Positions 58,501 through 64,000 of a DNA stretch of 64,000 bases are shown here, piece by piece. Under the pieces are notes generated by a model. It did no database searches. It was not told the DNA's origin and saw nothing but the letters and a program-made list of their open reading frames with translations. The stretch is from Eledone cirrhosa (taxonomy: Eukaryota), in the NCBI GenBank assembly GCA_964016885.1, contig OZ024744.1, positions 110,670,001-110,734,000 on the forward strand. The letters are read 5' to 3'. A program made the translations under genes and the position numbers. The first letter of the stretch is position 1. Every line of letters begins with the position of its first letter.

Positions 58501-61500
58501 AACACAGTAAAACTACACAATCCACTATAACTTAACTGGCCCTGAACACAGTAAAACTACACAATCCACTATAACTTACATTGCCCTGAACACAGTAAAA
58601 CTACACAATCCACTATAGCTTACCTTGCCCTGAAAACAGTAAAACTACACAATCCACTATAGCTTACCTTGCCCTGAACACGTTAAAACTATACAATCCA
58701 CGATAACTTACCTTGCCCTGAACACAGTAAAACAACACAATCCACTATAAATTACCTTACCCTGAACACAGTAAAACAACACAATCCACTATAAATTACC
58801 TTACCCTGAACACAGTAAAACTACACAATCCACTATAACTTACCTTGCCCTGAACACATTAAAACTATACAATCCACGATAACTTACCTTGCCCTGAACA
58901 CAGTAAAACTAAACAATCCACTATAACTTACTTTGCCCTGAACACAGTAAAACTACACAAACCACTATAACTTACCTTGCCCTGAACACAGTAAAACTAC
59001 ACAAACCACTATAACTTACCTTGCCCTGAAAACAGTAAAACTACACTATCCACTATGAATTACCTTGCCCTGAACACACTAAAACTACACAATCCACTAT
59101 AACTTACTTTGGCCTGAACACAGTAAAATTACACAATCCATAATAAGTTACCTTGCTCTGAACAGAGTAAAACTACACTATCCACTATAACTTAACTGGC
59201 CCTGAACACAGTAAAACTACACAATCCATAATAAGTTACCTTGCTCTGAACAGAGTAAAACTACACTATCCACTATAACTTAACTGGCCCTGAACACAGT
59301 AAAACTACACAATCCATAATAAGTTACCTTGCTCTGAACAGAGTAAAACTACACTATCCACTATAACTTAACTGGCCCTGAACACAGTAAAACTACACAA
59401 TCCACTATAACTTAACTGGCCCTGAACACAATAAAACTACACAAACCACAATAAATTACCTTGCTCTAAATACAGTAAAGCTAGACAATCCACTATAACT
59501 TAACTTGCCCTGAACACAGTAAAACTACACAATCCACTATAAATTACCTTGCCCCGAACACAGTAAAACTACACAATCCACTATAACTTACTTTGCCATG
59601 AACACAGTAAAACTAAACAATCCACTATAACTTACCTTGCCCTGAACACAGTAAAACTACACAATCCACTATAACTGAACTGGCCCTGAACACAGTAAAA
59701 CTACACAATCCACTATAACTTACCTTGCTCTGAACACAGTAAAACTACACAATCCACTATAACTTAACTGGCCCTGAACACAGTAAAACTACACAATCCA
59801 CTATAACTTACCTTGCCCTGAACACAGTAAAACTAAACAATCCACTATAACTTACATTGCCCTGAACACAGTAAAACTAAACAAACCACTATAAATTAAC
59901 TTGCCCTGAACACAGTAAAATTACACAATCCACTATAGTTTACCTTGCCCTGAACACAGTAAAACTACACAATCCACTATAAATTACCTTGCCCTGAACA
60001 CAGTAAAACTACTTAATTCACTATAACTAACCTTGCCCTGAACACAGTAAAACTACACAATACACTATACCTAACCTTGCCCTGAACACAGTAAAACTAC
60101 ACAATCCACTATAACTTACCTTGCTCTGAACACAGTAAAACTACACAATCCACTCTACCTTACCTTGCCCTGAACACAGTAAAACTACACAATCCACTAT
60201 AACTTAACTGGCCCTGAACACAGTAAACTACAGAATCCACTATAACTTACCTTGCACTGAACACAGTAAACTACAGAATCCACTATAACTTACCTTGCCC
60301 AGAACAAATTAAAACTACGTAATCCACTATACCTTACCTTGCCCTGAACACAGTAAAACTACACAATCCACTATAGCTTACATTTCTCTGAACACAGTAA
60401 AACTACACAATCCACTATAGCTTACCTTGCCCTGAACACAGTAAAACTACGTGATCCACTATAACTTACCTTGCCCTGAACACAGTAAAACTACACAATC
60501 CACTATAGCTTACCTTGCCCTGAACACAGTAAAACTACGTGATCCACTATAACTTACCTTGCTCTGAACAGAGTAAAACTACACAATCCACTATAACTTA
60601 CCTTGCCCTGAACACAGTAAACTACAGAATCCACTATAACTTACCTTGCCCAGAACAAAGTAAAACTACGTAATCCACTATAGCTTACATTGCCCCTAAA
60701 ACAGTAAAACTACACAATCCACTATAACTTATCTTGCCCTGATCACAGTAAAACTACACAATCACTATAACTTTTTTTGCCCTGAACACAGTGAAACTAC
60801 ACAAACCACTATAAATTACCTTGCTCTAAACACAGTAAAACTACACAATACACTATAACTTACCTTGCCCAGAACAAAGTAAAACTACGTAATCCACTAT
60901 AACTAACCTTGCCCTGAACACAGTAAAATTACACAATCCACTATAGCTTACCTTGCCCCGAAAACAGTAAAACTACACAATCCACTATAACTTACCTTGC
61001 CCTGATCACAGTAAAACTACACAATCACTATAACTTTTTTTGCCCTGAACACAGTAAAACTACACAAACCACTATAAATTACCTTGCTCTAAACACAGTA
61101 AAGCTAGACAATCCACTATAACTTACCTTGCCCTGAACACAGTAAAACTACACAATCCACTATAACTTAACTGGCCCTGAACACACTAATCTACAGAATC
61201 CACTATAACTTACCTTGCTCTGAACACAGGAAAACTACACAATCCACTATAACTTAACTGTCCCTGAACACAGTAAAACTACACAATCCACTATAACTAA
61301 ACTGGCCCTGAACACACTAAACTACAGAATCCACTATAACTTACCTTGCTCTGAACACAGGAAAACTACACAATCCACTATAACTGAACTGGCCCTGAAC
61401 ACAGTAAAACTAAACAATCCACTATAAGTTACCTTGCTCTGAACACAGTAAAACTACACAATCCACTATAACTTACTTTGCCTTGAACACAGTAAAACTA

Positions 61501-64000
61501 CACAAACCACTATAACTTACCTTGCCCTGAAAACAGTAAAACTACACAATCCACTATGAATTACCTTACCCTGAACACAGTAAAACTACACAATCCACTA
61601 TAACTTACCTTGCCCTGAACACATTAAAACTATACAATCCACGATAACTTACCTTGCCCTGAACACAGTAAAACTAAACAATCCACTATAACTTACTTTG
61701 CCCTGAACACAGTAAAACTACACAAACCACTATAACTTACCTTGCCCTGAACACAGTAAAACTACACAAACCACTATAACTTACCTTGCCCTGAAAACAG
61801 TAAAACTACACTATCCACTATGAATTACCTTGCCCTGAACACACTAAAACTACACAATCCACTATAACTTACTTTGGCCTGAACACAGTAAAATTACACA
61901 ATCCATAATAAGTTACCTTGCTCTGAACAGAGTAAAACTACACTATCCACTATAACTTAACTGGCCCTGAACACAGTAAAACTACACAATCCATAATAAG
62001 TTACCTTGCTCTGAACAGAGTAAAACTACACTATCCACTATAACTTAACTGGCCCTGAACACAGTAAAACTACACAATCCATAATAAGTTACCTTGCTCT
62101 GAACAGAGTAAAACTACACTATCCACTATAACTTAACTGGCCCTGAACACAGTAAAACTACACAATCCACTATAACTTAACTGGCCCTGAACACAATAAA
62201 ACTACACAAACCACAATAAATTACCTTGCTCTAAATACAGTAAAGCTAGACAATCCACTATAACTTAACTTGCCCTGAACACAGTAAAACTACACAATCC
62301 ACTATAAATTACCTTGCCCCGAACACAGTAAAACTACACAATCCACTATAACTTACTTTGCCATGAACACAGTAAAACTAAACAATCCACTATAACTTAC
62401 CTTGCCCTGAACACAGTAAAACTACACAATCCACTATAACTGAACTGGCCCTGAACACAGTAAAACTACACAATCCACTATAACTTACCTTGCTCTGAAC
62501 ACAGTAAAACTACACAATCCACTATAACTTAACTGGCCCTGAACACAGTAAAACTACACAATCCACTATAACTTACCTTGCCCTGAACACAGTAAAACTA
62601 AACAATCCACTATAACTTACATTGCCCTGAACACAGTAAAACTAAACAAACCACTATAAATTAACTTGCCCTGAACACAGTAAAATTACACAATCCACTA
62701 TAGTTTACCTTGCCCTGAACACAGTAAAACTACACAATCCACTATAAATTACCTTGCCCTGAACACAGTAAAACTACTTAATTCACTATAACTAACCTTG
62801 CCCTGAACACAGTAAAACTACACAATACACTATACCTAACCTTGCCCTGAACACAGTAAAACTACACAATCCACTATAACTTACCTTGCTCTGAACACAG
62901 TAAAACTACACAATCCACTCTACCTTACCTTGCCCTGAACACAGTAAAACTACACAATCCACTATAACTTAACTGGCCCTGAACACAGTAAACTACAGAA
63001 TCCACTATAACTTACCTTGCACTGAACACAGTAAACTACAGAATCCACTATAACTTACCTTGCCCAGAACAAATTAAAACTACGTAATCCACTATACCTT
63101 ACCTTGCCCTGAACACAGTAAAACTACACAATCCACTATAGCTTACATTTCTCTGAACACAGTAAAACTACACAATCCACTATAGCTTACCTTGCCCTGA
63201 ACACAGTAAAACTACGTGATCCACTATAACTTACCTTGCCCTGAACACAGTAAAACTACACAATCCACTATAGCTTACCTTGCCCTGAACACAGTAAAAC
63301 TACGTGATCCACTATAACTTACCTTGCTCTGAACAGAGTAAAACTACACAATCCACTATAACTTACCTTGCCCTGAACACAGTAAACTACAGAATCCACT
63401 ATAACTTACCTTGCCCAGAACAAAGTAAAACTACGTAATCCACTATAGCTTACATTGCCCCTAAAACAGTAAAACTACACAATCCACTATAACTTATCTT
63501 GCCCTGATCACAGTAAAACTACACAATCACTATAACTTTTTTTGCCCTGAACACAGTGAAACTACACAAACCACTATAAATTACCTTGCTCTAAACACAG
63601 TAAAACTACACAATACACTATAACTTACCTTGCCCAGAACAAAGTAAAACTACGTAATCCACTATAACTAACCTTGCCCTGAACACAGTAAAATTACACA
63701 ATCCACTATAGCTTACCTTGCCCCGAAAACAGTAAAACTACACAATCCACTATAACTTACCTTGCTCTGAACACAGGAAAACTACACAATCCACTATAAC
63801 TGAACTGGCCCTGAACACAGTAAAACTAAACAATCCACTATAAGTTACCTTGCTCTGAACACAGTAAAACTACACAATCCACTATAACTTACTTTGCCCT
63901 GAACACAGTAAAATTACACAATCCACTATAAATTAACTGGCCCTGAACACAGTAAAACTACACAATCCATAATAAGTTACCTTGCTCTGAACAGAGTAAA
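52500..64000 (+). repeat. Higher-order repeat domain D: near-identical ~2.8-3.6 kb units
   Basis: ACTTAATTCACT at 53164, 56456, 60011 and 62776 (spacings 3292, 3555, 2765). GTGTGAACAGAG at 54897 and 58452 and GAACACGTTA at 55121 and 58676 both give 3555. Confidence 0.9.

Larger units (their letters stand above)
43308..64000 (+). repeat. 44-bp tandem satellite array, right domain (continues beyond window end)
   Basis: Same monomer and orientation, resuming at CTGAACACAG (monomer position 31) at 43308. Carries its own variants (CCCAGAACAAATTAAAACTACGTAATCC, ACTACTTAATTCACT, CCATAATAAG, ACTACGTGATCC). Confidence 0.99.

Noticed and set aside
1-64000. CRISPR-like array (conserved part plus variable part at a regular period)
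   Set aside because: The variable segment is only ~12 bp and consists of point variants of one sequence, not unique spacers. There are no cas genes or leader, and the HOR structure is typical of satellite DNA.

Overview
The window is almost entirely one head-to-tail tandem satellite array with a 44-bp monomer (consensus ACTACACAATCCACTATAACTTACCTTGCCCTGAACACAGTAAA, about 1,450 copies, all in one orientation, + strand strongly C/A-rich: 17A/14C/10T/3G). It looks eukaryotic. I see no credible protein-coding gene, RNA gene or CRISPR array. The array is not random. Diagnostic variant monomers reveal nested higher-order repeats (HORs): ~3.0-3.9 kb at 1-20 kb, a 1,717-bp-based unit at ~23-27 and 31-38 kb, older ~8-12 kb super-repeats, and a 1.76 to 3.5 kb family right of 43.3 kb. 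The only non-satellite DNA is a 245-bp segment (43063-43307) with the hallmarks of a non-autonomous Helitron 5' end (A|TC start in an AT target, (GTCT)3) but no convincing 3' terminus. It separates two arrays with different variant vocabularies and an out-of-register junction. The leading, unproven hypothesis is that the right-hand array is the internal tandem array of a satellite-carrying Helitron that inserted into its own satellite. All coordinates and spacings were counted by eye from the printed sequence; no database searches or alignments were run.
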